A model generated the notes under the pieces. The model was not told the origin of the DNA, made no database searches, and saw only the letters and a program-made list of their open reading frames with translations. From contig CAYYZO010000005.1 of NCBI GenBank assembly GCA_964476185.1, positions 12,532 to 76,531 on the forward strand: DNA of 64,000 nucleotides. Reading direction: 5' to 3'. Every line of letters begins with the position of its first letter. Within the stretch, counting starts at the first letter, position 1. Shown one piece after another: positions 9,501-18,291 of the stretch. This DNA comes from an uncultured Myxococcales bacterium (GTDB taxonomy: Bacteria > Desulfobacterota > Binatia > UBA1149 > CAITLU01). The position numbers were made by a program, and so were the translations under genes.

Positions 9501-10068
9501 CGAGCCCCATCTCGTAGCGCTCGAGCAGGACCTCGAGCTTCTCGCCGACGACCGCGCGGCCCGCCCCGGACAGCGTGCGGCGCACGGCCTCGCGGTAGAG
9601 CGGCTCGGGATCGTCGACGACGCGCGGCGTGCTGCCGAGCCGCGACATCAGCGGCGTCGACGCGACGACGCGCGAGCAGAAGCCGTCGATCGTGAAGACC
9701 TGCAGGCGCGACGGCGAGTGCAGCAGTTCCCAGCCGAGCTCGCGGTCGCGCGCGAGCACCGCGCGCGCCAGCTCGAAGCCCTCGCGCTCGAAGTCGTGCG
9801 CCGGCTCCCTGCCCGAGTCCGCCTCGGCGAGCGCCTCGAGGATGCGACGACGCATCTCGCCGGCCGCCTTGCGCGTGAAGGTGATCGCGAGCACCGCCTC
9901 GGGACGGTCGACTCGCGCGAGCAGCGCGAGGAAGCGCAACACGAGAAGTCCGGTCTTGCCGGAGCCCGCGGGCGCCTGCACGACGAAGCTTCGCGAGACG
10001 TCGAGCGCCTCGGCGCGCTGGCGCGCGTCGGGGATCCCCGGCTGCCCGGCGCCGTCCTGCCTGCTCAT
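6571..10068 (-). CDS. addA: double-strand break repair helicase AddA (UvrD-type helicase with C-terminal PD-(D/E)XK nuclease), alphaproteobacterial type
   Basis: Real gene trimmed out of the 2668-aa artefactual ORF. Start is MSRQDGAGQ. Walker A is ..VQAPAGSGKTGLLVLRF.., and helicase motifs include ..VDEFQDTN.. and ..MTMHKAKGLQFD... The C-terminus carries ..WIVDYKTG.. as the nuclease motif. The ATG at 10068 overlaps the addB stop as ATGA. Confidence 0.85.
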   Translation of the reverse strand: MSRQDGAGQPGIPDARQRAEALDVSRSFVVQAPAGSGKTGLLVLRFLALLARVDRPEAVLAITFTRKAAGEMRRRILEALAEADSGREPAHDFEREGFELARAVLARDRELGWELLHSPSRLQVFTIDGFCSRVVASTPLMSRLGSTPRVVDDPEPLYREAVRRTLSGAGRAVVGEKLEVLLERYEMGLDRLEDQLVDMLARREQWREGAIGRHEDTDDRVARLESALEGAVAAEVATIADGAEPSLVDRVHALARASRDVVEGPCAWPTLGDRHRLGGGADSAPAWKQAAALLGKDDGKRLRTRRTANADVHAGDERVKTMLGDLLEDIADLPGDGAARWTGRLRHGALLPTSTTFSADGRAALSAFFAVLRHCLGELWHVFRERREVDYGEIGIGAVAALAPGETLEKLDARLEHILVDEFQDTNVMQCELLRGLTSGWQQGDGRTLFLVGDPMQSIYRFRKAEVGLFLAARSSAGFVENCVLESLALSVNFRSTTTVVDWVGRVFPILLGDRDDATRSLVAFAPASAGPKAGAGPDVEFVLWTSGPGGEKAADADAIEAAGLADLIAAEVRAQRDGERPPRRGRVPVAVLVRSRNHALPLLRALEAAHPDLRLRAPGLDWLADRPSVVELEALTRALVHPGDRLAWLALLRSRLVGLALADIAALVEPDVASAGSSRRTTPIPLLLADETALARTSGDARRRIARLLEVTGAAARDLALRSLDIAVRSAWLRLGGPAGAPALAALEAESFFDVLSSRPAGAAIDLDDLARRLRATEAPVDSDAEADVEIMTMHKAKGLQFDTVVLPALGRGSGRGSAPPLAIETDGTSGRLMLVAPRAARGREDADGDKYDFLAFRESGREANESLRLLYVAATRAERRLVLSSPAGRLTKDGAPSKGSLLAALEPGLPVDAAERRTAAAPASAASRRTLVRLRDGFALSPARSVEDRSVATERPSEPVRIDTETVAGDGLAARIGIAFHAFAERIANDGVGAWPEERVRAERPAIAHVLRSRGVPPAQLDEAAARVERALAATLGDERGRWILAAHAEARSEWELTSWNGRVLTPAQIDRTFVDGGTRWIVDYKTGALDGAADARAIAERCAPYLGQLARYGELLAARDPARPVRLGLFFPEWPDGLRWQDVTDAAAGHRPENRGSGEVRP

Positions 10069-12884
10069 TCGCCGCCCTCCTCGGCGTCGCCGTCGTCCTC
10101 GTCGGGCGGGCCGAGCTCGGCGATGCGGCAGAACGCCTGGCTGCCGCAGTTGCGGCACACGGCCGCCTCGCGCGGGGCGACGCGCACGTCTCCGGCGAGA
10201 TACGCGTTCGCGAGTCCCGCGAGGACGTCGCGCCACTCGTCGGCCCGGGAACGGTAGTCCTCCGCCGAGCGCACGGCCTTTCGTCCCGGCGGACGGAAGC
10301 GCGCGCCGTATTCGCCGGCGCCGACGCCGTGCAGCACGCAGGCGTCGCGCGCCGAGAGGTTCGCGAACGCGATGCCGTCGACGCGCTCGCCGCGGGCTTC
10401 GAGCAGCGCGAGGTAAAGCGGAAGCTGCGGGTCCTTCGGCCGCTCGCCGTTCCAGAGCGACGGGCTCTTCGGCGTCGCCGAGGTCTTGTAGTCGAGCACG
10501 ACGAGCCCGCCGTCCTCGTGGCGGTCGATGCGGTCGGCGCGGAAGCGGATCGTCAGCGGCTCCGCGGCGCCGGGCGGGAACGTCGCCGTGTCGTCGTGCT
10601 CGCTCGCGTCGACCGCCCACGCCACCGTTCGGGCGCCGCGCTCGTAGTGCATCCAGCTCGCGACGAGGTCGACGAGCCACGCGCCGACGACCGCGGCGAG
10701 GTCGGGAGCGTCCTCGAGGAAATCCTTCTGCTGCTCGAGCGCGTGCGCGGCGGCGACGCGCGCGACTTCCGCGATGTCGCGGTCGCCGAGGCCGTCGAGG
10801 TCGCTCGACGAAGGGATGTCCGTGTACGCCTTCGCGAGCGCGTCGTGCACGAGCGTGCCGCGCAGCGCCGCGTTCGGCTGCGCCTCGATCGCCTGCAGCG
10901 GCTCGGCCGCGAGACGCGTGGCGGCGAGCGCGCGAAACGGGCAGTCGGACTGGCGCGTCAGCAGCGCCGAGCCGCCCGAGCGCACGAGCGGCGCCCCGGC
11001 TTCGTCCGTCGGCAGCGGCTCGGTGGCCCCGTCGGCCGCGGCCGCGGCGAGCCACCACGGCCGCCCTTCGGCCGCGCCGGGCGGCTCGGCCGCGAGGCGC
11101 GCGAGGAACGAACTCGGCGACTGCTCCTCGCCGGCGTCGCCGGCGGCCGACCAGCTCGCCCAGACCTCGGGCGCGCTGCGAAGCACGCGCTGCCAGACGG
11201 CCGTCGCGAGCTCGCGCTCGGCGTCGACCGACACGCGCGGCATCCCGGCCTGCGTGCGCTGCCACGCGACCGGCAGGAGCGGGTTCGGCCGCGGCGGCGG
11301 CGGGAAAGCCGTCGACGTCAGCCCGATCGCGAAGACGACGTCGAAGTCGAAGCCGGCGGCGTCGAGCAGGCTGACCACCTGCACCGAGCGGTTGGTCGCG
11401 GGCGGCTGCACCGGCACGCCCGCGCAGATCGCGCGAAGCCGCGCCAGCGCGTGGTGCGCTTCCATCCGCGGCTCGATGGCCTCCAGCGCGACGAACTCGT
11501 CGAGCGCCTCGCGCCAGCGCCGGAACAGGAGGCCCTCGGCGTCGCCCTCGAGCTCGCCGGGCCAGCCGAGGATCGCCAGGCGCTCGTGCCATTCGTTGCG
11601 CCATTCGGTCGGCGTCCGGCTGGTGCGGCGCCCCGGCTGCGGGCGAGCGGACGCCAGGCGCGTCGCGAGGCGTTCCACCAGGGCAGCCGTTTCCCCGAGT
11701 CCGCCTTGGCGCAGCGTCGTCGCGAGGCTGCCCGCGCGACCGACAAGCCGCAGCGACGACGCGCGTTCGCGCCGCAGCAGCGCCTCCGCGCGGCCGCGGA
11801 GCGCGCGCTCGCGCTGTTGATCCCCCGCCGCGAGGCCGCGCCGGCGGGGATGCGCCGCCAGCAGGATGCGCGACGCGAGCTCGAACGGGACAGGGCCGTC
11901 CTCGAGCGAGAGCAGGTCGAACGCGTTCGCGACGAGCGGATAGTCGGCCAGGCTCGGCGCCTCGGCGAAGTCGAAGCGGCGCGCCGACGACGCGCCCGGC
12001 GCGAGGATGCCCTCGGGATCGAGCTCTTCCTCGAACACGCGTTCGAGGCGGCTTCCCCACGCCGAGGTGTCGGGCGCGAGCACGCCGATGCGCAGGTCCG
12101 GACGTTCGAGCAACAGCGCCCGGATCCGCGACGCGACCGTGCGCAGCTCGGCCGTGGGCGTCGGCGCGATCCACGCGCGCGGCTCGACCGGCGCCGCGGA
12201 CGCGACGGTCGCGCGATCGCGCACGTCGGCGCCGCGTTCCCGGACGGCCTGCAGCAACCGCTCGAGCGCCGGGTCGTGCTTCTCGAAGTCGAGCGCGACG
12301 ACGACGGCGGGGACGGACGACGCCAGGCGATCCCCGCGAATCGCCGCCGCGACGATCGAGGCGAGCTCGGCCGTCGTCGCGAACGCGCCCTCGTGCAGCC
12401 GGGCGCGCAGCGACGGCAGCCAGCGGCGAAACGCCTCGACGTCCTCGGTGACGGGCCCCGCCCAGGACGGTTCGCCCCACAGGCAGGTCCGCGACCAGGC
12501 GTCGGAGGCCGTCGCGGCGAGCGAGACGATGTCGAGCAGCTGGCGCGGGAGGTCGCCGGGCGCGTCGGCGATCACGCGCTCCCAGAGGACGCGCTCGGCG
12601 CCCGGCGAAAGCAGCACGCGCCCGCGCTCGCCGCGGTCGACTTCGGCGGCGAGCGCTTCGCGCCCGAGACGATCGAGCCAGTCCGCGAGCGAATGGATCG
12701 GCGGCGTTTCGCTGACGCTGCGGCCGGCGTCGGCACGAAGCTCCGCGACGCGAAGTCGAAGGGCGCGCGCGAGACGGCGCGTCGGCGTGACGATCCAGGC
12801 CGGCGGGTCCGCGTCGAGCAACTGCAGCAACTCTTCGTCGCGGCGGCGGCCGGCGGCGCCTCGCTCGCTCGTTGCGTCGGCCAC
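10065..12884 (-). CDS. addB: double-strand break repair protein AddB (PD-(D/E)XK nuclease family), alphaproteobacterial type
   Basis: 939 aa with a GTG start at 12884. The C-terminus has ..LVVLDYKTSATPK.. and a Cys cluster ..CRNCGSQAFCR... It sits immediately upstream of addA in the same operon. Confidence 0.8.
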   Translation of the reverse strand: MADATSERGAAGRRRDEELLQLLDADPPAWIVTPTRRLARALRLRVAELRADAGRSVSETPPIHSLADWLDRLGREALAAEVDRGERGRVLLSPGAERVLWERVIADAPGDLPRQLLDIVSLAATASDAWSRTCLWGEPSWAGPVTEDVEAFRRWLPSLRARLHEGAFATTAELASIVAAAIRGDRLASSVPAVVVALDFEKHDPALERLLQAVRERGADVRDRATVASAAPVEPRAWIAPTPTAELRTVASRIRALLLERPDLRIGVLAPDTSAWGSRLERVFEEELDPEGILAPGASSARRFDFAEAPSLADYPLVANAFDLLSLEDGPVPFELASRILLAAHPRRRGLAAGDQQRERALRGRAEALLRRERASSLRLVGRAGSLATTLRQGGLGETAALVERLATRLASARPQPGRRTSRTPTEWRNEWHERLAILGWPGELEGDAEGLLFRRWREALDEFVALEAIEPRMEAHHALARLRAICAGVPVQPPATNRSVQVVSLLDAAGFDFDVVFAIGLTSTAFPPPPRPNPLLPVAWQRTQAGMPRVSVDAERELATAVWQRVLRSAPEVWASWSAAGDAGEEQSPSSFLARLAAEPPGAAEGRPWWLAAAAADGATEPLPTDEAGAPLVRSGGSALLTRQSDCPFRALAATRLAAEPLQAIEAQPNAALRGTLVHDALAKAYTDIPSSSDLDGLGDRDIAEVARVAAAHALEQQKDFLEDAPDLAAVVGAWLVDLVASWMHYERGARTVAWAVDASEHDDTATFPPGAAEPLTIRFRADRIDRHEDGGLVVLDYKTSATPKSPSLWNGERPKDPQLPLYLALLEARGERVDGIAFANLSARDACVLHGVGAGEYGARFRPPGRKAVRSAEDYRSRADEWRDVLAGLANAYLAGDVRVAPREAAVCRNCGSQAFCRIAELGPPDEDDGDAEEGGE

Positions 12885-12887
12885 CGG

Positions 12888-13688
12888 TCAGTCGCCCGAC
12901 GGCGCGGACGGCCCGCGCACGAGCGACAGGATCGTGCGGATGCGCTCGGCGTTGACGCCGAGGTCGCCCTTGCCGTCGCGCGACTTCGAGCGCACGTCGA
13001 TGCGGCTGCCGCCGCCCTCGAACGGGCGGATGCGCACGACGACGTCGTCCTGGAAGCGGAACAGGCGCGAGGTCTCGGTCGCCTCGATCCGGCCCTCCTC
13101 GCGGTTCTCGCCGGTGATGTGCATGCGCGGCATGCCGGCCAGCACGGCGCGGACGCGGTCGTAGACGACGTCCGGGGCATCCTCGACGACGAGCGCCGCG
13201 AGGTCCGGGTACGCGGCCTGCTGCTGCGCGGCGAAGGCCTCGCCGGGATAGCCCATGTCGCGGCCGCGGTTCGGCGCCTGTTCGAGCGCCGCGACGAAGA
13301 CCGGAGGATCGCCGACGTCGGTGGTGATGTCGTTGATGCGCGGCAGTCCGCTCCCACGCGACGCGCCGGCCAGCAGCGCGACGACGACCAGCACGCCCAG
13401 CGCGAGGCCGCGCGCGGCCAGCGGACGACCGCTTCGGCCCTTGCCCGGCGCCGTCGCGACGAGACCCAGCACCGACGTGACGACCCCGACGAGCGCGAGC
13501 CCGAGGCCGAGCACCATCAGCAGGAAGCCGCCGAACGGCGGGAGCACGCCGGACGCCGACCCGCCCACGCCGGCCAGCACGAACGCGACGGCGACCAGCC
13601 CGAGTTGCGACCCCATCCTGGCCGACGGCGCGACGACAACGGTTTCGGAAGTCATGGGCGCGGATCCTAACGCAGCGCTCGGCGCCAC
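12888..13688 (-). CDS. DUF1499 domain-containing membrane protein
   Basis: N-terminal TM helices followed by a DUF1499-like soluble region (..DMGYPGEAFAAQQQAAYPDLAALVVED..RIDVRSKSRDGKGDLGVNAERI..). Start uncertain. Confidence 0.6.
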   Translation of the reverse strand: MAPSAALGSAPMTSETVVVAPSARMGSQLGLVAVAFVLAGVGGSASGVLPPFGGFLLMVLGLGLALVGVVTSVLGLVATAPGKGRSGRPLAARGLALGVLVVVALLAGASRGSGLPRINDITTDVGDPPVFVAALEQAPNRGRDMGYPGEAFAAQQQAAYPDLAALVVEDAPDVVYDRVRAVLAGMPRMHITGENREEGRIEATETSRLFRFQDDVVVRIRPFEGGGSRIDVRSKSRDGKGDLGVNAERIRTILSLVRGPSAPSGD

Positions 13689-13893
13689 GGCAATGCGGCC
13701 GCGTGCGCTGCGACACGGTCGGCGGACGGTTGGCCCGGCCGCCTTCCGGCCGGCCCGCCGCCACGCCCTCCACCGCGCGCACCGGCGGGCCGCATCGACG
13801 GCGCACGCTCGTCGCCGCGCGTGTCGGCTGCACGAACCCGGCCGCGACGCAGGCCTCCTCGCGACGCTCGCGACGCGCCGCTATGGTCGGCCG

Positions 13894-14703
13894 ATGCCGA
13901 TCCGACTCGAGCTCCCGTCCGATCACCCGCACGTGGCCGTCGTCACGATCGACCGTCCCGAGAAGGCCAACTCGCTGAACCCGACGATGCTCGGGGAGCT
14001 GGCCGCCGCCTGGAGGCGGCTCGCGGACGACGACGACGTGCGCGCCGTCGTGCTCACGGGCGCCGGCGAGCGCGTGTTCTGCAGCGGCATGGACCTTCGC
14101 GAGACGATCCCGGTCGCCCAGGCTCTCGCCCGCGGCGAACGCATCGACCCGGCCGCGTTCGACGGCCTGCGCGCCGTCGGCGCCGCGACTCTCGCCGCGT
14201 TCGACCTCGGCAAGCCGCTCGTCTGCGCGATCGGCGGTCACTGCCGCGGGGGCGGCTTCGACCTGATGCTCGCGTCCGAGATGCGCGTCGCGGTGCCGGA
14301 GGCGACGTTCGCGCTCGAGGAAGTCGCGCTCGGCCTGTTCCCGACCGGGCACTCGGCGGTGATGCTGCCGCGCCAGGTTGCCTGGGCGCACGCGCACGAG
14401 ATCCTGCTGACCGCGAAGCCGTTCTCCGCGGCGCGGGCGCTCGAGATCGGGCTGCTCAACCGCGTGGTCGAGCGCGCGAAGCTGATGGACACGGCCTTCG
14501 AGCTCGCGGACGCGGTCGCGGCCAACGCGCCGCTGGCGGTGCGCGCGACGCGCGACGGCGTGCGCGAGATGCTGCACCTGCCGCTCGTCGACGCCTATCG
14601 CCGCCAGGAGGAACTCGGCCGCCCGCTGCGCCGGAGCGAGGACGCCCGCGAGGCCCAGCGCGCTTTCGTCGAGAAGCGGCCGCCGGTCTGGAAGGGGCGC
14701 TGA
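13894..14703 (+). CDS. enoyl-CoA hydratase/isomerase (crotonase) family protein
   Basis: MPIRLELPSDHPHVAVVTIDRPEKANSLN..VVLTGAGERVFCSGMDL..CAIGGHCRGGGFDLMLASEMRVA.. is the classic crotonase fold. The ATG at 13894 is internal to the 482-aa track ORF. Confidence 0.85.
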   Translation: MPIRLELPSDHPHVAVVTIDRPEKANSLNPTMLGELAAAWRRLADDDDVRAVVLTGAGERVFCSGMDLRETIPVAQALARGERIDPAAFDGLRAVGAATLAAFDLGKPLVCAIGGHCRGGGFDLMLASEMRVAVPEATFALEEVALGLFPTGHSAVMLPRQVAWAHAHEILLTAKPFSAARALEIGLLNRVVERAKLMDTAFELADAVAANAPLAVRATRDGVREMLHLPLVDAYRRQEELGRPLRRSEDAREAQRAFVEKRPPVWKGR

Positions 14704-14710
14704 CCCCGAT

Positions 14711-15097
14711 TCAGGAGCCGCGCTCGACGCCCCACTTGCCGGTGCCGCGGCAGGCGATCAGCAGGAAGACGAATGCGTAGAGCGCGGCCATCTCGCCGTC
14801 GTTGACGCCGGGCAGGATCCGCGTTCCCCCCTCGAACTTCCAATGGAACTGGAAGTACGCGACGGCCATCGTGCCGCTCGACAGGAACGCGGCCGCGCGC
14901 GTCTGCCACCCGACCATCACGAGGATTCCGCCGACCAGCTCGATCAGCCCGCCGAACCAGAGCTGGGAGCCGAACTCGGTCTCGTACGGCGTCAGCACGC
15001 CGAAGATCTTCTGCACGCCGTGGAACGAAAACAGGAACCCGGTGACCATGCGCAGCAGCGCATAGGCCTCGTCAGTGTAGCGTTCGAGCCGGTTCAT
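14711..15097 (-). CDS. DoxX family membrane protein
   Basis: MNRLERYTDEAYALLRMVTGFLFSFHGVQKIFG.. is DoxX-like and about 128 aa. It lies downstream of the carotenoid oxygenase on the same strand. Confidence 0.7.
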   Translation of the reverse strand: MNRLERYTDEAYALLRMVTGFLFSFHGVQKIFGVLTPYETEFGSQLWFGGLIELVGGILVMVGWQTRAAAFLSSGTMAVAYFQFHWKFEGGTRILPGVNDGEMAALYAFVFLLIACRGTGKWGVERGS

Positions 15098-15212
15098 GCG
15101 CGCGTCGTACACCACGCGCCTCGCGGTCGTCCAGCGGTCCCGCGAAACCACCGGCACGGCGGCGCCGCTCCGGGCAGCCGCCGTGCCGGCAGGACGGGCA
15201 GGATCCGCGGGC

Positions 15213-16676
15213 TCAGACGACGCCCGGCGCCCAGTTGCCGTGGAACCCGAGCGGCAGGCGGTGCTTCAGCCGGCACTTCGCGAGCGGCTTCCCGGCCATG
15301 TCCTGCGCGTCGAGGATCGCGAGGTACGTGTCGTCGCGCGTGCCGTCGTACACCGTCGACAACACGAAGCCGTCGGCCTCGGTCGCGTCCGGCGTGCGCG
15401 GCGCGAAGACCGGCTCGCTCGGCCACTGCCACGCGCCGAAATCGTGGATCTCGTTGCGGCCGCCCTGCCGGTCGTAGCGCACGAGCGTCGCCCACGTGTC
15501 CGTCGGATCGCCGCCGGCCGAGCGGTCGAGCGCAGCGTAGCCGTAGCGGTTGCGGTAGCCGACGAGGCGGTCGTCGAGGCGCGGGAACTCCGCGCCCCGC
15601 TCGTCGAGCTGGCGCTCGCTGCACGCGCCGGTCGCGAGGTCGAGCTCGTACAGGAACGGAACGGCCGAGAATCCGGGCACCGGGCGCCCGTCGCGCGCGC
15701 TGCGCAGCGTCTCGAGCAGCGCGCCGCCGTCGAGATAGGTGCAGGCGTCCATCACGATCCTGCCGTCCTGCTCGTAGGCGTTGCCGGGGTGGAAGATGTA
15801 GCCCGGCGTCGGCGCCGTGAACCACTGCGTCTTCGCACCGGCCTCGCGGCGGCGCACTCCGAAGCGAAGGCCGAGCTCCGGCTTCCACGAGATCGCGTCG
15901 TTGAAGCCGCCGCCGGTCAGCATCGGCGTCCCGTCGAAGTGGATCGCGCCCCAGACGAAGATCGCGTAGTTCTCGGTGATCGCGATGTCGTGCGCCATCA
16001 CGCAGTACGGCGCGTCGACGGCCTCGGCCACTGAGCACGTGCCGTCGGGCTCGACGACGTAGTACTGCAGGTACGGCTCGAACGGCTGGTAGCCGTGGAT
16101 GATCATCTGCCCGGTGCGGCCGTCGATCTTCGGGTGGGCAGTCACGCTCATGCCGAGCATCTTCCCCTGGAAATCGTTGACGCCGACGGGGCCGAGCGTG
16201 CGGCGGTCGATCTCGAACGGGTAGGCGTTCTCGACCATCGCCATCAGCTTGCCGCCGTGGAAGACCACGTTCGTGTTCGGCTGCACGCGAAACGGGTCGA
16301 CCGGATCGGCGACCTGCACGCCGATCGCGTTCATGCAGAAGCGGCCTTCGGCACGCTCGCGCAGCGTGGACGGGTGTTCGACCACGCGGCCGGTGTAGTG
16401 CACGCGGCCGTCGTCGATGCGCAGCGCGTGGACGAGGCCGTCGCCGTCGAACAGGTGAAGGGCGCGGTAGCCTTCGGCGGGCAGGATCTGCTGGGAAGGA
16501 CCGTTGCGGAAGAACGTGCCGGAGAGTTCGCGCGGCACCTCGCCTTCGATGTCGGTGACTTCATAGCTGGTCTCGGTCGTGGACGGGCGCCAGGCGTTGA
16601 TCCAGAACTGGCGCGCGTCGAGCGCCTCGGGGCGCGGGGTCGCGGTGTCGGAGGTAGCGGCGGTTGCGAGGCTCAT
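15213..16676 (-). CDS. carotenoid cleavage oxygenase (RPE65 / lignostilbene-alpha,beta-dioxygenase family)
   Basis: 487 aa with His-containing family blocks (..YHLFDGDGLVHALRI.., ..MAHDIAITENYAIF.., ..FHGNW..). I chose the internal ATG 16676 (MSLATAA..). Confidence 0.85.
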   Translation of the reverse strand: MSLATAATSDTATPRPEALDARQFWINAWRPSTTETSYEVTDIEGEVPRELSGTFFRNGPSQQILPAEGYRALHLFDGDGLVHALRIDDGRVHYTGRVVEHPSTLRERAEGRFCMNAIGVQVADPVDPFRVQPNTNVVFHGGKLMAMVENAYPFEIDRRTLGPVGVNDFQGKMLGMSVTAHPKIDGRTGQMIIHGYQPFEPYLQYYVVEPDGTCSVAEAVDAPYCVMAHDIAITENYAIFVWGAIHFDGTPMLTGGGFNDAISWKPELGLRFGVRRREAGAKTQWFTAPTPGYIFHPGNAYEQDGRIVMDACTYLDGGALLETLRSARDGRPVPGFSAVPFLYELDLATGACSERQLDERGAEFPRLDDRLVGYRNRYGYAALDRSAGGDPTDTWATLVRYDRQGGRNEIHDFGAWQWPSEPVFAPRTPDATEADGFVLSTVYDGTRDDTYLAILDAQDMAGKPLAKCRLKHRLPLGFHGNWAPGVV

Positions 16677-16811
16677 CGGATCGCTCCTTGGAACGGCGCC
16701 GGGGCGGCGGGCACGGTCCGCGCCGCCGCGAGAAAGAGGGCGCCGGTTCGGGCGGCAGCAGGGTCCCCGCCGCACGAGGGCATCCGCCGGGATCCGACGG
16801 ACGGCGCGGAA

Positions 16812-16860
16812 GTTAACAGAGTTAACACCGGGGCGTCAACCGGGATTTCGGGGATTTCGG
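16812..16860. promoter_or_regulatory. AT-rich direct-repeat cluster in the divergent intergenic region (GTTAAC x2 about 9 bp apart; tandem GGGATTTCG x2)
   Basis: agTTAACAgaGTTAACAccggggcgtcaaccGGGATTTCGGGGATTTCGggcaggtttttgacc lies between the divergently transcribed carotenoid oxygenase (start 16676) and pdxH (start 16934). This patch is locally low in GC within a 72%-GC genome. Confidence 0.3.
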
Positions 16861-16933
16861 GCAGGTTTTTGACCGCTCGGGCGGGCCTCCCTAGAAGGGC
16901 CGCGGACCCCCTTCCCGACCGCTGGAGCCGCCC

Positions 16934-17524
16934 ATGCCCGATCCGATCGTCCGTTTCCGTTCCTGGATGAAGGAGGCCGCCAAGGCCGGCGCGCCGATCC
17001 CCGAAGCCATGGTGCTCGCCACGGCCGACGCCAGGGGACGCCCGTCGGCGCGCTTCATCCTCCTCAAGGAAGCCAGCGCGCGCGGCTTCGTGTTCTACAC
17101 GAACGACCAGAGCCGCAAGGGCGACGAGATGCGCGCGAACGACCAGGTCGCGCTCTGCTTCTACTGGGACGTCACCGGCAAGCAGGTGCGGATCGAGGGA
17201 CGCGTGAAGCCGCTGCCCGCGGCCGAAGCCGACGACTACTGGGAGGAGCGCCCGGTCGGCAGCCGCTATGCGTCCGCGGCCTCCGAGCAAAGCCGTCCGA
17301 TCGCTTCGCGCGCGCTGCTGACGAAGCGGTGCTCGCAGCTCGAGGCGAAGTACCCGGACGGCGACGTGCCGCGCCCTCCGCACTGGAAGGGCTACCTCGT
17401 CGTGCCCGCGGCGATCGAGTTCTGGATCCGCGCCGAGCCGCGCCTGCACAAGCGCGAGCTGTTCACTCGCGCTCGCGGCAAGGCCGGCGCCGGGCAGTGG
17501 AAGTCGACGATCCTGCAACCGTGA
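16934..17524 (+). CDS. pdxH: pyridoxamine 5'-phosphate oxidase
   Basis: Canonical PdxH: ..RFILLKEASARGFVFYTNDQSRKG.., ..IEFWIRAEPRLHKRELF... 196 aa. Confidence 0.9.
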   Translation: MPDPIVRFRSWMKEAAKAGAPIPEAMVLATADARGRPSARFILLKEASARGFVFYTNDQSRKGDEMRANDQVALCFYWDVTGKQVRIEGRVKPLPAAEADDYWEERPVGSRYASAASEQSRPIASRALLTKRCSQLEAKYPDGDVPRPPHWKGYLVVPAAIEFWIRAEPRLHKRELFTRARGKAGAGQWKSTILQP

Positions 17525-18291
17525 CGGGCGAGCGCGCGCGCTGGCGCGAGATCCTCTTCTACCAGGCCTACTGCCAGCTCCGGCTCGAGTCGGAGCGACT
17601 CTACATCGGCTATCTCTGGTGGGCGCTCGAGACGATCCTCGAGATGCTCGTGCTGTACGCGGTGTTCGGCAGGCTGCTCGGCGCGCCGACCGGGAACTAC
17701 CTGTCGTTCCTGCTGTGCGGGCTCGTCGCGTGGCGCTGGCTCGCGCAGAGCGTCGCGCGCGCCGCGCCCGCCATCCTCGCGAACCAGCCGCTCGCGTCGC
17801 AGGTGTTCGTGCCGAAGCTCGTCTTTCCCGTCGCGATGCTGCTGACGGACGCCGTCAAGTTCCTCGTCGGGCTCGTCGTGCTCGTCGTCTTCCTGCTGCT
17901 GGACGGGTTCGGGACGACGCCCGCCTGGGCGGCGTTCCCGCTGGTCCTGGCGACCGAGTTCCTGCTGATCGCGGCGCTCGCCCTCTGGGTCGCGGCGCTC
18001 GTTCCGTTCCTGCGCAGCATCCTCGTGGGGCTCGACGTGGCGCTGCGGTTCGGGATGTTCGCGTCGGGCGTGTTCTTCGACCTCTCGCGCGTCGGCGAGC
18101 CGGTCGCGTCGTGGCTCGCGTGGAATCCCGTCGCCATGCTGCTCGACGCGTGGCGGGGGGTGCTGATGCGGGGAGAATGGCCGGACTTCGCCGCCCTCGC
18201 GGCGATCGCGGCGGCATCGCTCGTCGCGATCGCCGGCGCCCGCTCGTTCGTGGCCGCGCGCGAGCTCGACTACCCGAGGCTTCCGGCATGA
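17521..18291 (+). CDS. ABC-2 type transporter permease (polysaccharide/teichoic-acid export Wzm/TagG-like)
   Basis: 256 aa from the GTG at 17521, which overlaps the pdxH stop as GTGA. It has six TM helices and the ABC-2 signature region (..YIGYLWWALETILEMLVLYAVFG..). The upstream part of track ORF 17329 overlaps pdxH and is junk. Confidence 0.75.
   Translation: MTGERARWREILFYQAYCQLRLESERLYIGYLWWALETILEMLVLYAVFGRLLGAPTGNYLSFLLCGLVAWRWLAQSVARAAPAILANQPLASQVFVPKLVFPVAMLLTDAVKFLVGLVVLVVFLLLDGFGTTPAWAAFPLVLATEFLLIAALALWVAALVPFLRSILVGLDVALRFGMFASGVFFDLSRVGEPVASWLAWNPVAMLLDAWRGVLMRGEWPDFAALAAIAAASLVAIAGARSFVAARELDYPRLPA

Noticed and set aside
6016-13670. Long plus-strand ORFs 6016..8046, 6845..8692, 8143..10257, 9629..11374, 10329..13670
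   Set aside because: All lie opposite addA/addB. Their translations are extreme R/A/G/P/S low-complexity with no family signatures. The minus-strand genes have clear motifs and proper coupling.
6571-14577. 2668-aa minus-strand ORF
   Set aside because: A chimeric open frame. Only 6571..10068 (AddA) is real. The remainder is low-complexity Arg/Ala/Gly/Pro sequence antisense to addB and other genes.
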